DNA from: an uncultured Planctomycetaceae bacterium
GTDB taxonomy: Bacteria; Planctomycetota; Phycisphaerae; SM23-33
Length of the DNA: 44,538 bases
Direction: 5' to 3'
NCBI GenBank assembly: GCA_964646915.1
Contig: CAZYIH010000001.1
Location: 1-44,538, forward strand
This document shows positions 26,810 through 35,386 of this stretch, in pieces (within the stretch, counting starts at the first letter, position 1; every line of letters starts with the position of its first letter). Below the pieces are notes generated by a model. That model was not told the DNA's origin, searched no databases, and saw only the letters and a list, made by a program, of their open reading frames with translations. The position numbers and the translations under genes were made by a program.

Positions 26810-27811
26810 ATGCCATCCGGAATTCAAAAAGCCACCATGCTGCTGACCACGCTCGATCCCGCCTCGGCCAGCGAACTGCTCAAATCCGCCAGCCCCGACG
26901 TGGTCAAGAAGATCGCCCGGGAGATGGCCAATATCCGCTCGGGATCCGGGCCCAACCAGGAGCAGATCGACCGTCTCCTCGGTGAGTTCGCCGACATGGT
27001 GGACGAAGGGTCCGGCGGGCCGGCGGACGGGTACCTCAAGCAACTGCTCTCCGACGCGGTCGGCGAGAACGAGTCCAAGGAGATCATGGCCGACGTTCGA
27101 CGCGAGGCGCTCGAGAAGGACCCGTTCCACAAGATCCGCAAGCAGGACCCGGCCCTGATCGCCGCCGCCCTGGAGAAGGAACCGGGCACCGTCATCTCTG
27201 CGGTGCTCGCCGAGCTGGACTCCGAGAAGAGCATGGCCCTTCTGTCGATGTTCGACGACGCCATCCGCGACGAGGTGGTCCAGTGCATGGCCTTCGGGAA
27301 GCGCATCCCCGAGGAGACCCGCAACCGCATCGCCAAGGTGATCGGCGAGCGCCTCAAGGAGCTGCAGAAGTCCGACGACGTCGTCGGCTCCGACTCCGGT
27401 GACGGGCTCACCCCGCAGATGCGACAGTACCGCAAGGTCGCCCTGATGGTCCGCGGGCTGGGCAACGAGCTGCGCATCAGCACCCTTGAGAAGCTCAAAG
27501 CCAACGACCCCGACGCCGCAGACGGCGTTTCGCGGATGATGGTGCTCTGGGAAGACATCGAGACCGTACCCGACCGGGCGCTGGCCGAGGTGCTTCGCGG
27601 AGTCAACTCCAAGACCCTTGCCTTGGCGCTGATGGACGCCGACCCGGAGACCACCAGGCGCATGCGGAACAACATTTCCGAGCGAGCGGCCGCCATGCTG
27701 GATGAAGAGGCCGACCTGATCACCAACGCCAAGGAAAGCGAAATCAACCAGGCCCGCGAAGAGATTCTCGACGCCCTGCGGGACCTGAACGCCCAGGGAT
27801 TCGTGTACTAG
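26810..27811 (+). CDS. fliG: flagellar motor switch protein
   Basis: GIQKATMLLTTLDPASASELLKS..., 333 aa, with the C-terminal charged-helix region (RMRNNISERAAAMLDEE...). Canonical position after fliF. Confidence 0.93.
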   Translation: MPSGIQKATMLLTTLDPASASELLKSASPDVVKKIAREMANIRSGSGPNQEQIDRLLGEFADMVDEGSGGPADGYLKQLLSDAVGENESKEIMADVRREALEKDPFHKIRKQDPALIAAALEKEPGTVISAVLAELDSEKSMALLSMFDDAIRDEVVQCMAFGKRIPEETRNRIAKVIGERLKELQKSDDVVGSDSGDGLTPQMRQYRKVALMVRGLGNELRISTLEKLKANDPDAADGVSRMMVLWEDIETVPDRALAEVLRGVNSKTLALALMDADPETTRRMRNNISERAAAMLDEEADLITNAKESEINQAREEILDALRDLNAQGFVY

Positions 27812-27829
27812 CCGACCCCAGGAGACGAC

Positions 27830-28435
27830 GTGACCCAGCTTCAACTCATCATGCCCGGACGCATCACCGCCGGAGCCCTGGTCAGGGGCGATCGCATCGC
27901 GACGGGCCCGGCGTGGACACCGTCGGCCGGTCCGTCCGCAGCCCAGCTCCAGGAACAGGCCGAGCAGGCGCGACGGCAGGCCCAGGAGCAACTGCAGCAG
28001 ACCAGCGAGGAGTTGAGGCAGGAAACGCGCACCGCGATCGACGCCCTGGAAGCGGCATTGGTGGAGGCCCATGAGCTGCGCGGGCAGATTCTTGCCGAGG
28101 CCGAGGAGCAATTGGTGGACCTGGCGGTGGACATTGCCCGCAAGGTGCTCGCCCAGGAGATCGAGGCGGGTCGCTACGAGATCGAGCCCATCGTGACTGA
28201 GGCGTTGAAGCGTGTTCCCGCCCGCCGCGACGTGGTGGTGCACCTGCACCCCGAGGACCACGCCCGCTGCATGGAAGCCCGCGAGGGGCGCGAGTCCGAC
28301 GGGCCCGTGACGTACAAGGCCGACGCGTCGGTCGGTCGGGCCGGCTGTGTGCTGGAGACCGACGAAGGCGTGATCGAGTCGTCCGTCGAGCCGCACCTGG
28401 AAGACATTCGTGAAGCCCTGAAGGGACTGGAATAA
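27830..28435 (+). CDS. fliH: flagellar export ATPase regulator
   Basis: Coiled-coil N-terminus rich in Q/E/A. LVDLAVDIARKVLAQEIE...IVTEALKRV...VVVHLHPED is a FliH/V-type stalk-like signature. TAATG overlap with fliI. Confidence 0.8.
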   Translation: MTQLQLIMPGRITAGALVRGDRIATGPAWTPSAGPSAAQLQEQAEQARRQAQEQLQQTSEELRQETRTAIDALEAALVEAHELRGQILAEAEEQLVDLAVDIARKVLAQEIEAGRYEIEPIVTEALKRVPARRDVVVHLHPEDHARCMEAREGRESDGPVTYKADASVGRAGCVLETDEGVIESSVEPHLEDIREALKGLE

Positions 28436-29805
28436 TGGCAGCCGTCGACGTGACCAAACTGCATCGTCGCCTGGAGAAGCTTTCGCTGGCGCCCTGTCGC
28501 GGATCGGTGGTCCGCGTGGCCGGGCTGACGGTCGAAAGCAAGGGCCCGCCGGTGGGCGTGGGCGAGCTTTGCGAGATCCGGTTGGCCGACGGTCGCCGCG
28601 TGCCGGCCGAGGTCGTTGGCTTCCAGAATGAAAATCGCGTCCTGGTGCCCCTGGAGGGGATCGAAGGAATCGCTCCGAACGACCAGGTTGTCTCGCGATC
28701 GGTCCCGCGTTCGATGAAGCTCGGGCCCAATGTTCTGGGACGCGTCCTGGACGGACTGGGCCGACCCATCGACGGGCAGGGCCCGGTGCAGGGGCACGAT
28801 CGTTGTCGTCTGGATGGAATGCCGCCGACGCCGCTGTCCCGCCCGATGATCTCCCAGCCGCTGTCGTTCGGGCTGCGGGTGTTCGACGGTGTTCTGACCT
28901 GCGGGCAAGGCCAGCGAGTGGGTATCTTCGCCGGGGCCGGCGTGGGCAAGAGCACGTTGCTGGGCGAGATCGCCCGGTCCAGCGAAGCCGATGTCAATGT
29001 CCTTGCGCTGGTGGGGGAACGCGGCAGGGAGGTGCGACACTTCCTGGAAGAGTCGCTCGGCGAGGAAGGCCTCAAGCGGTCGGTCGTGGTGGTGGCCACC
29101 TCGGACGCTTCGGCGATTCAGCGGGTCAAGAGCGCGTTTCTGGCGATCACCATCGCCGAGTATTTTCGCGATCTGGGCAAGAACGTGATGTTCATGATGG
29201 ACTCGCTGACACGATTCGCCCAGGCCCAGCGCGAGATCGGGTTGGCCGCCGGCGAGCCTCCCACCACCAAGGGCTACTGCCCCAGCGTGTTCAGCCTCCT
29301 GCCGAAGCTCACCGAACGTCTCGGCACTACGGAGACCGGCTCGATCACGGGGATCTTCACGATTCTCGTGGAAGGCGACGACATGGGCGACCCGGTCGCC
29401 GACAGCGTTCGCTCGTTGCTGGACGGGCACATCGTGCTCTCCCGGAAACTGGCCGAGGTGGGACACTACCCCGCGATCGACATCCTCCAGAGCGTCTCGC
29501 GGTGCATGACGTCCGTCGCCGACGCCGAGCATCTGGAAGCGGCAAGGCGCCTTCGGGCGATCTACGCGACCTACCAGTCGGCGGAGGACCTCATCAACAT
29601 CGGGGCCTTTTCCCCGGGCAGCAATCCACGGATCGACCGGGCGATCGAGCTGATCGATCCGGTCAACGCCTTCCTCCGCCAGTCGATGGAGGACTCCTGC
29701 CCGATGGATCAGACGTTGCGGCGGATGAAAGAGATCACCAGCCATTGGCAGTTCACCTCGGCCAACGCACCGGGCCGGCAGGGCCAACAGCCCCTCAACC
29801 GGTAG
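28435..29805 (+). CDS. fliI: flagellum-specific ATPase
   Basis: Walker A GIFAGAGVGKSTLLG, Walker B VMFMMDSLTRFA, SITGIFTILVEGDD and GHIVLSRKLAEVGHYPAIDILQSVSR. Confidence 0.95.
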   Translation: MAAVDVTKLHRRLEKLSLAPCRGSVVRVAGLTVESKGPPVGVGELCEIRLADGRRVPAEVVGFQNENRVLVPLEGIEGIAPNDQVVSRSVPRSMKLGPNVLGRVLDGLGRPIDGQGPVQGHDRCRLDGMPPTPLSRPMISQPLSFGLRVFDGVLTCGQGQRVGIFAGAGVGKSTLLGEIARSSEADVNVLALVGERGREVRHFLEESLGEEGLKRSVVVVATSDASAIQRVKSAFLAITIAEYFRDLGKNVMFMMDSLTRFAQAQREIGLAAGEPPTTKGYCPSVFSLLPKLTERLGTTETGSITGIFTILVEGDDMGDPVADSVRSLLDGHIVLSRKLAEVGHYPAIDILQSVSRCMTSVADAEHLEAARRLRAIYATYQSAEDLINIGAFSPGSNPRIDRAIELIDPVNAFLRQSMEDSCPMDQTLRRMKEITSHWQFTSANAPGRQGQQPLNR

Positions 29806-29868
29806 TTGCAGGTCGACCAGCAGGACACAAGGCCGACGAACGCCGTCGGCAGATTGGGACGCACGAAC

Positions 29869-30321
29869 ATGAAGCGGTTCGATTGGCCATTGCAGAAGCT
29901 CCTGGACGTGACGGTGCAGCGCGAACGCGCGATGCGGGCCGACGTGGCCGCCGTCAATGCCCGGATCAACGAGACCCGCGAGCAGATCGACCGTCGACGC
30001 GAGTTGATCCGCACGCTCATGGAAGACCTGGCCGGTCAATCACTGACCGATCGGATCGCCAACCAGCAGACCTTCCACCGCTTTTCGAAGGCGTGTGAGA
30101 AGGAGATTGATCGGCTCTGGGGCGTCAAGGCCAAGCTGGGCAAGGAGAAGGAACGCCTGACCGGCGAGCTGTTGGCGTTGCGGTCGGAGCGGAAGACGCT
30201 GGAGACCCTCCGCGAGGAGGCCTGGAAGCACTATTGCGCCGAGGCGCAGAAGCAGCAGCAGAAGGAACTGGACGACACGGTAAATACCGCCTTTGCCCGC
30301 CGGATTGTCACGGGCGGCTGA
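29869..30321 (+). CDS. fliJ: flagellar export chaperone/stalk protein
   Basis: 150-aa coiled-coil protein starting MKRFDWPLQKLLDV, in the canonical position after fliI. ATG at 29869 inside ORF 29806..30321. Confidence 0.7.
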   Translation: MKRFDWPLQKLLDVTVQRERAMRADVAAVNARINETREQIDRRRELIRTLMEDLAGQSLTDRIANQQTFHRFSKACEKEIDRLWGVKAKLGKEKERLTGELLALRSERKTLETLREEAWKHYCAEAQKQQQKELDDTVNTAFARRIVTGG

Positions 30322-30342
30322 CCCTCAGCCTGGGAGCTGACG

Positions 30343-30981
30343 ATGTCTGGAAAAATGCGATTAATCATCATCGGAGTGATGGGCCTGGCGAGTTTCGTGG
30401 CCTGTTTTGTGCTGTCCCTGGTCACCGGCGCCCCGCCGGCGCCCCCCCAGAGGCAGGAAGGCGTCATGGACAGCGGCGGGGGCGCGGAAGCGGCGATCGG
30501 TAAGCTCCAGAACCTCAGCCCCAAGGAGCGTGAACTGGACGGGTTGATCAAGGAGATGCGCCGCGAGATCAAGGCCTACGAGAGCAAGAAGCGCGACCTG
30601 CGCATGATGGAGCGTCGCATCAGCCTCGCCCAGGAGAGTCTCTCCCAGCAGGCCAAGAACCTCGAAGACCTCCGCATCGAGGTGGCGACTTCGCTGACGC
30701 CGTTGAAAGAGGCGCGGGCCAAGCTCGAGCGCGAGCGGATTCGCATCACCCGCGAAGAGGCCAAGAACCTCCAGCAGATCGCGGGGGTCTACGAGAAGAT
30801 GCAGTCAGACGCCTGTGCCAAGACCATCGCCGAGATGGTCAAGTCCAAACGCCAGAACGTCGCGGTGGGAATTCTGCGCTCGATGGATGAGCGATCAACG
30901 GCGAAGGTGCTCTCCGAGATGTCCGATAAGAAGATGGCTGCGGACCTCAGCGAGATGATGAAACGCGTCCGAGAGGAGTAA
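30343..30981 (+). CDS. YlxF/FlbB/MotE-like flagellar protein (N-terminal TM helix, coiled coil, MgtE-N-like C-terminus)
   Basis: TM helix LIIIGVMGLASFVACFVLSLV, a long coiled coil, then IAGVYEKMQSDACAKTIAEM....AVGILRSMDERSTAKVLSEMSDKKMAADLSEMM, resembling the MgtE intracellular-N/MotE repeat. Same position as ylxF after fliJ in fla/che-type operons. Confidence 0.55.
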   Translation: MSGKMRLIIIGVMGLASFVACFVLSLVTGAPPAPPQRQEGVMDSGGGAEAAIGKLQNLSPKERELDGLIKEMRREIKAYESKKRDLRMMERRISLAQESLSQQAKNLEDLRIEVATSLTPLKEARAKLERERIRITREEAKNLQQIAGVYEKMQSDACAKTIAEMVKSKRQNVAVGILRSMDERSTAKVLSEMSDKKMAADLSEMMKRVREE

Positions 30982-30985
30982 CCCG

Positions 30986-31756
30986 GTGGACATTGCGACA
31001 ATCATAGGGATTATATCCGGCTTTCTGCTGGTGGGTCTGACCATCATCTCCGGTGGGGATGCGACCGTGTTCATCAACGTCCCCTCGGTGATGGTGGTGG
31101 TGGGCGGCATGCTCGCCGCGACGTTGATCCACTTCTCGCTCAAGCAGTTTCTCACGATCATCTCGATCGTGAAGAAAACCGTGATGTTCAAGCTGCCCAG
31201 CGAGCAGGACCTCATCCAGAAGATGGTGAACTACTCGGCCATCAACCGCAAAAACGGTGCCCTCGCCCTCGAACAGCACCTGGCCAACGCCGGCGACGGA
31301 TTCCTCATCAAGGGCCTGCAGATGATCATCGACGGCCAGGGCGAGGAGGACATCGAGCGCCAGTTGGGGATGGAGATCTTCTCACTCCAGGAGCGTCACC
31401 AGGACGGCAAGAAGATCCTGGACTTCATGGGGTCGACGGCTCCGGCGTTCGGGATGATCGGCACCCTCATCGGGCTTGTGCAGATGCTGGGGAATCTCTC
31501 CTCGCCCGATCAGATCGGGGTGGGCATGGCCACCGCGTTGATCACCACGTTTTACGGGGCGATTCTGGCGAACCTGATTTTCATTCCGCTGGCGGGCAAG
31601 CTCGGCCTGCGGAGCAAAAAAGAACGCATCCTCCGCGAGATGATCGTCGAGGGCGTGCTGGGCATCGTCCGCGGCGAGAGCCCCACGGCTGTCCGCGAGA
31701 AAATGCAGACGTTCCTGTCCCAGAACAATCGGCCTGACGTCAAACCGAACATCTGA
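30986..31756 (+). CDS. motA: flagellar stator protein A
   Basis: MDIATIIGIISGFLLV..., four TM helices, and APAFGMIGTLIGLVQML...ALITTFYGAILANLIFIPLAGKL. GTG start with GGAG SD. Confidence 0.92.
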   Translation: MDIATIIGIISGFLLVGLTIISGGDATVFINVPSVMVVVGGMLAATLIHFSLKQFLTIISIVKKTVMFKLPSEQDLIQKMVNYSAINRKNGALALEQHLANAGDGFLIKGLQMIIDGQGEEDIERQLGMEIFSLQERHQDGKKILDFMGSTAPAFGMIGTLIGLVQMLGNLSSPDQIGVGMATALITTFYGAILANLIFIPLAGKLGLRSKKERILREMIVEGVLGIVRGESPTAVREKMQTFLSQNNRPDVKPNI

Positions 31757-31770
31757 CCCCGAGAGATATC

Positions 31771-32445
31771 GTGGCCAAGAAGAAAGTCCAAGAAGAGAAA
31801 CCGCCCGGCCAGCAATGGCTGGTGACGTTCAGCGACTGCATGACGCTGCTGCTGTGCTTCTTCGTGCTGCTGCTGAGCTTCTCCTCCTTCGACGAGCAAT
31901 CACTCTCGCGGCTGGAGGGCGTGATGGACGTGCGCCACTTCCGCGAGATGACCAAAATCCCTGAGCGCGTGCCCGAGTCCGAGGTGACCCGCCCGAAGAC
32001 TGTGCTCGACCAGACCCGCGAGGGAAGCGACCGGATCATGGACGTCGATCCACAGGTCATCCACCACCCCAAGCGCCGAGATCAGGTGTTCGACAGCGAC
32101 GTCTACAAGGCCAGCAAAACCCTCTATATTCCATCCGATCGCCTCTTCGAGAAGGGCACGGCCCAGTGGAAGCGGGAAGGGCGGGGCATCCTGCGACAGA
32201 TCGCCGAGCTGGTCGTGTTGGTCCCCTCGCATGTCTCCATCGCCGAGAGCAGCCTGGCCCGGGAAGGGCAGGCGACCGACCTGGGGCTGATGCGCTCGAT
32301 GGCGGTCATGAAGTACCTGGTGGTCAAGAGCGGACTGGACGCCGGGCAGTTCGGCGTGATGGGTTCGGACCCCGGACTGATCAACCGTTTCGCCGGTCGA
32401 CGGGTGATTCAGATCTCCCTTCGCAATAAGGGGTTGCTCAAATGA
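31771..32445 (+). CDS. motB: MotB-like stator protein, paralog 1 (224 aa)
   Basis: N-terminus KKKVQEEKPPGQQWLVTFSDCMTLLLCFFVLLL carries the MotB channel helix with the conserved Asp. Short, degenerate OmpA-like C-terminus (DLGLMRSMAVMKYLV). Confidence 0.75.
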   Translation: MAKKKVQEEKPPGQQWLVTFSDCMTLLLCFFVLLLSFSSFDEQSLSRLEGVMDVRHFREMTKIPERVPESEVTRPKTVLDQTREGSDRIMDVDPQVIHHPKRRDQVFDSDVYKASKTLYIPSDRLFEKGTAQWKREGRGILRQIAELVVLVPSHVSIAESSLAREGQATDLGLMRSMAVMKYLVVKSGLDAGQFGVMGSDPGLINRFAGRRVIQISLRNKGLLK

Positions 32446-33203
32446 GCCAGGTCCGCAGGAAAACCGTCACCCCCGACGACGATGACGATGTCCCGCTGTG
32501 GCTGGTGTCGTTCACGGACATGATCACGCTGCTGCTGTCGTTTTTCGTGCTGCTGCAGTCCATCGCTCACATCAAGGATCCGGACCTGTTCTTCATCGGG
32601 CAGGGTTCGTTCCGTCGGGCGGTGCAGAACTTTGGGATTCCCTACTGGCTGGAGGGCTACCCGGATTCGGTTCCGCGGTCCTTCATCCGGCCGAAATTTG
32701 CCATGGAAGAGGACCCGGACGATTACACCAAGTCCCGGTTGTTGGACGCCGAGGATGAGAAGATCCGTGAGATTTTTGACCGTATCCGTCAAGAAATTGA
32801 GACCGACGTCCACGATCATGCCGAGGAAACCATCGAGATTCGACCGACGGCTGTGCAATTCCAGGGACATCGGATCAATGTCTCATCTGAGTCTCGGCGG
32901 GAGCTTGTACGCGTGGCCGAGCAGCTCAGAACAGGCCTAGGTGATCGTAAGGTAAAGGTTTACGTCGTAGGACTTGCGCCGGACCAACCCGCCGGATCGG
33001 TGCGGTGGATGGTCTCGGCCCGTCGGGCCCGCGCGGTGGAAGCGGTCCTGCAACGCATTTTGGCGCGCCAATTGCAATCAGGACGGTGGACGTTGCACTC
33101 GCTCGGCGCGGGCACCAGTCGACGCTGGCAGGAAACGTTCACCGTAAGCGGCTCGCCGACGCACATCGCGATCGCCGTGACAGGAGCGAAATACGATGGC
33201 TGA
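32442..33203 (+). CDS. motB: MotB-like stator protein, paralog 2 (253 aa)
   Basis: ATGA overlap with paralog 1. N-terminus DDDDDVPLWLVSFTDMITLLLSFFVLL repeats the MotB helix with its Asp. OmpA-like remnant at the C-terminus (RWMVSARRARAVEAVL). Confidence 0.75.
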   Translation: MSQVRRKTVTPDDDDDVPLWLVSFTDMITLLLSFFVLLQSIAHIKDPDLFFIGQGSFRRAVQNFGIPYWLEGYPDSVPRSFIRPKFAMEEDPDDYTKSRLLDAEDEKIREIFDRIRQEIETDVHDHAEETIEIRPTAVQFQGHRINVSSESRRELVRVAEQLRTGLGDRKVKVYVVGLAPDQPAGSVRWMVSARRARAVEAVLQRILARQLQSGRWTLHSLGAGTSRRWQETFTVSGSPTHIAIAVTGAKYDG

Positions 33204-33759
33204 CGTGGATTTCGGCATCAAGGACAAGGACAAGCCCAAGGACCCCGAGGCGACCAGGAAGCTGGTTCTGCGCATCGGGCTGATGTTCGGGGTGATCTTG
33301 GTATTCGGCGTGGGTGGGTTCTTCCTGGGCAAGCTGCTCCGGGCCGACCCCAACGCCGCCGCTGCGGCCGAGGACCCCATTCAGCAGGAGGCCGCCCAGG
33401 ACGACGCCAAGGCCCTGGCGAACCTCGATGAGTCCGACGGGTATACGTATCATCAGCTTGAGCCCATCACCGTTACGCTGAATGTCCGCCGGGGGAACCG
33501 TTACCTGCGGACGACGCTGTTGCTGAAGGTCAAGAAGGCCGACTCGAGCATCGTCGAGAAGACGCTCGAAAAGAACAAGGCCGAGATCCAGGACTGGATG
33601 CTGCGGTATCTCTCGAGCCTGACGGTGACCGACGTGCTCGGGCAGAAAAACATCAATCGCATTCGTCGTCGCGTCCGTGACGAACTGAACGAGCTTCTCT
33701 GGCCCAACAGCCGACCTCGCGTCGACGAGGTGCTGCTCAAGGAGTTCAACGTCTCATGA
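33196..33759 (+). CDS. fliL: flagellar basal-body-associated protein
   Basis: Single TM helix, then YHQLEPITVTLNVRRGNRYLRTTLLLKV...AEIQDWMLRYLSS...IRRRVRDELNELL...VDEVLLKEFNVS, the canonical FliL pattern. AGGAG SD. Confidence 0.85.
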   Translation: MADVDFGIKDKDKPKDPEATRKLVLRIGLMFGVILVFGVGGFFLGKLLRADPNAAAAAEDPIQQEAAQDDAKALANLDESDGYTYHQLEPITVTLNVRRGNRYLRTTLLLKVKKADSSIVEKTLEKNKAEIQDWMLRYLSSLTVTDVLGQKNINRIRRRVRDELNELLWPNSRPRVDEVLLKEFNVS

Positions 33760-34823
33760 CCGCACAAGCCGCCCAAGACCAGGACATTCTCGCCTCGCTG
33801 CTGAACGCCATCCAGACCGCACCGCGGCCGGAAGTGAACGAGGAAGAGACCCTTAACGATAACGCGGTGGACTACAACTGGAACGCCCCGTCGCGGTTCC
33901 CGCTTTCGTCCCGCGATGCGCTTCAGAAGACCGCCAAGAAGATCAACCGCAAGGCCGTCGAGGCCCTTGAAGTGTTGACCGACGCCGGATACGTCCCTTC
34001 GGCACCGACCGCGACCGAATATTACGGCCGGCAGATCAACGAGCAGGTCAGCGACTCGGACGTGTACGGAATCACCATCCTCAAGGGCACCGAGGAGGTC
34101 GGGCTGGTCTCGGTCGACCGGGCGATGGGGGCTGAGTGGACCTCGCGAATGCTCGGCGGCGGCGGGATCAATGTCGACGCCGAACGCCCGCTTTCCAGCA
34201 TGGAATCGGCCGTCCTGCAGGACGCCCTGGCGAGCATCGTCAACGCGGCGCTGGAAACACTCACCAGCGCGGGGTCGGCCTCTTTCAAGCCCGGAGAGAA
34301 GGTATGCGCCTCCGAGCTGATTCCCGAACTCGATTCGACCGGTGAATTCTGCAAGATCACCATCCAGGCAGCCGATAACACCATCGCGGAGCTGGTGCTT
34401 GCCAGCGACCTGCTCGAAGCGGCGGCAGGGAGCGCCACAGAGCGCAAAATCGAGCTGTCCCCGGACGAGGCCCGCGCCCGGATGATGGGACACATCCAGC
34501 ACATGCACTTGGGCGGGGCGGTCGAAGTGGGGGTCGCACGAATCTCCATGCGGGACGTGATTGCCCTCGAATCCGGCGACGTGCTCATGCTCAGGCATCG
34601 CCCCGGCGAGCCGGGAAGCCTCTCGGTTGCCGGTCGCGATCTTGCGTATGGCCTGCCGTCGCAATGTCAGGGTCGATACGCCCTGCACATCTCCTCCACG
34701 GTGGAGGAGGAACTGATGGCCGCGGCGAAAGCGCCCGAGGAAGCGCCCGCTGCACAAAATGAAACAGACGATCCGTCGCCCGAACCGGACGGTGACGCAC
34801 CGCACCTGCAGGCGGATGTCTGA
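33756..34823 (+). CDS. fliM: flagellar motor switch protein
   Basis: N-terminal peptide QDQDILASLL (a degenerate EIDAL motif), the middle CheC-like domain, and a C-terminal SpoA-like segment (ISMRDVIALESGDVLML). ATGA overlap with fliL. Confidence 0.9.
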   Translation: MTAQAAQDQDILASLLNAIQTAPRPEVNEEETLNDNAVDYNWNAPSRFPLSSRDALQKTAKKINRKAVEALEVLTDAGYVPSAPTATEYYGRQINEQVSDSDVYGITILKGTEEVGLVSVDRAMGAEWTSRMLGGGGINVDAERPLSSMESAVLQDALASIVNAALETLTSAGSASFKPGEKVCASELIPELDSTGEFCKITIQAADNTIAELVLASDLLEAAAGSATERKIELSPDEARARMMGHIQHMHLGGAVEVGVARISMRDVIALESGDVLMLRHRPGEPGSLSVAGRDLAYGLPSQCQGRYALHISSTVEEELMAAAKAPEEAPAAQNETDDPSPEPDGDAPHLQADV

Positions 34824-34863
34824 ACCACCACGATCAACCCTTTTGACCGGAAGGTAGAACCCG

Positions 34864-35256
34864 ATGGCCGATGCAACCGCAACCGATCAGAACGCCCAGC
34901 CTCAAGCGCAGGCACCGCAGGCCTCCAACGCCGAGTCCGTGGAGGTTCACGACGTGGAACTTCCCGAGGCGCAGGATACCTCCACAGGAGCGGGTAACGG
35001 ACAGATCGACCTGCTCCTGGATGCCCCGATGGCCGTCACCGTTCGCCTCGGCGAGTTGGAGATGACCGTCCGCGAACTTGTGGAACTCAATCAGGGCAAG
35101 GTGCTTACACTGGATAAGCGCGTCGGCGAGCCGGTGGACCTCTACCTTCGCGGCATGCGGTTCGCCACGGGCGACCTGGTGGTCGTCGGCGATCGCCTCG
35201 GCGTGCGGATTCGGGAGATCCTCAACACCCAGGACCATGCCTCGGTCGCCAGTTGA
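34864..35256 (+). CDS. fliN: flagellar motor switch protein
   Basis: The SpoA domain IDLLLDAPMAVTVRLGELEMTVRELVELNQGKVLTLDKRVGEPVDLYLRGMRFATGDLVVVGDRLGVRI is textbook FliN. Confidence 0.92.
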   Translation: MADATATDQNAQPQAQAPQASNAESVEVHDVELPEAQDTSTGAGNGQIDLLLDAPMAVTVRLGELEMTVRELVELNQGKVLTLDKRVGEPVDLYLRGMRFATGDLVVVGDRLGVRIREILNTQDHASVAS

Positions 35257-35323
35257 CCGAGCGCCGCGGCGCGCGATTATTCCGCGCGGCTGGGCGATTC
35301 TGAGGCGCTGAACGCAGACCATA

Positions 35324-35354
35324 CCCCGCAACCTCCTTTGGTTGCGGGGTTTTT
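35324..35354 (+). terminator. intrinsic (rho-independent) terminator after fliN
   Basis: Perfect 9-bp GC-rich stem CCCCGCAAC/GTTGCGGGG (35324-35332 / 35341-35349; 10 bp if c35333:g35340 pair), a 6-8 nt loop, then TTTTT (35350-35354). Confidence 0.6.
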
Positions 35355-35359
35355 CATTG

Positions 35360-35375
35360 TGGCACGGCATGTGCA
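35360..35375 (+). promoter_or_regulatory. sigma54-type -24/-12 promoter candidate for fliOPQR-flhBA-fliA
   Basis: TGGCACggcatGTGCA has one mismatch to TGGCAC-N5-TTGCA, with correct spacing. It begins 6 nt after the terminator T-run. The predicted TSS is ~35385, essentially at the first in-frame ATG (35387). Confidence 0.5.
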
Positions 35376-35386
35376 TGTTGCGGGGC

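Noticed and set aside
25139-28396. 1085-aa ORF on the minus strand, the longest ORF in the track
   Set aside because: It is exactly antisense to fliF-fliG-fliH, whose products have unmistakable family signatures. Its translation is Arg/Gly/Leu/His-rich and low-complexity with no recognisable domain. Stop-codon depletion on the antisense strand is typical of GC-rich DNA.
29832-29850. GCCGACG-aacgc-CGTCGGC hairpin between fliI and fliJ
   Set aside because: No U-tract follows it and fliJ lies 19 nt downstream in the same operon. It may be an mRNA structure, but a terminator or regulatory function cannot be supported from sequence alone.
30922-30929. TCCGATAA ~57 nt upstream of the motA start
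   Set aside because: It lies inside the ylxF-like coding sequence, and the -35 position reads GAAG/CGAA. There is insufficient support for a sigma28 promoter.
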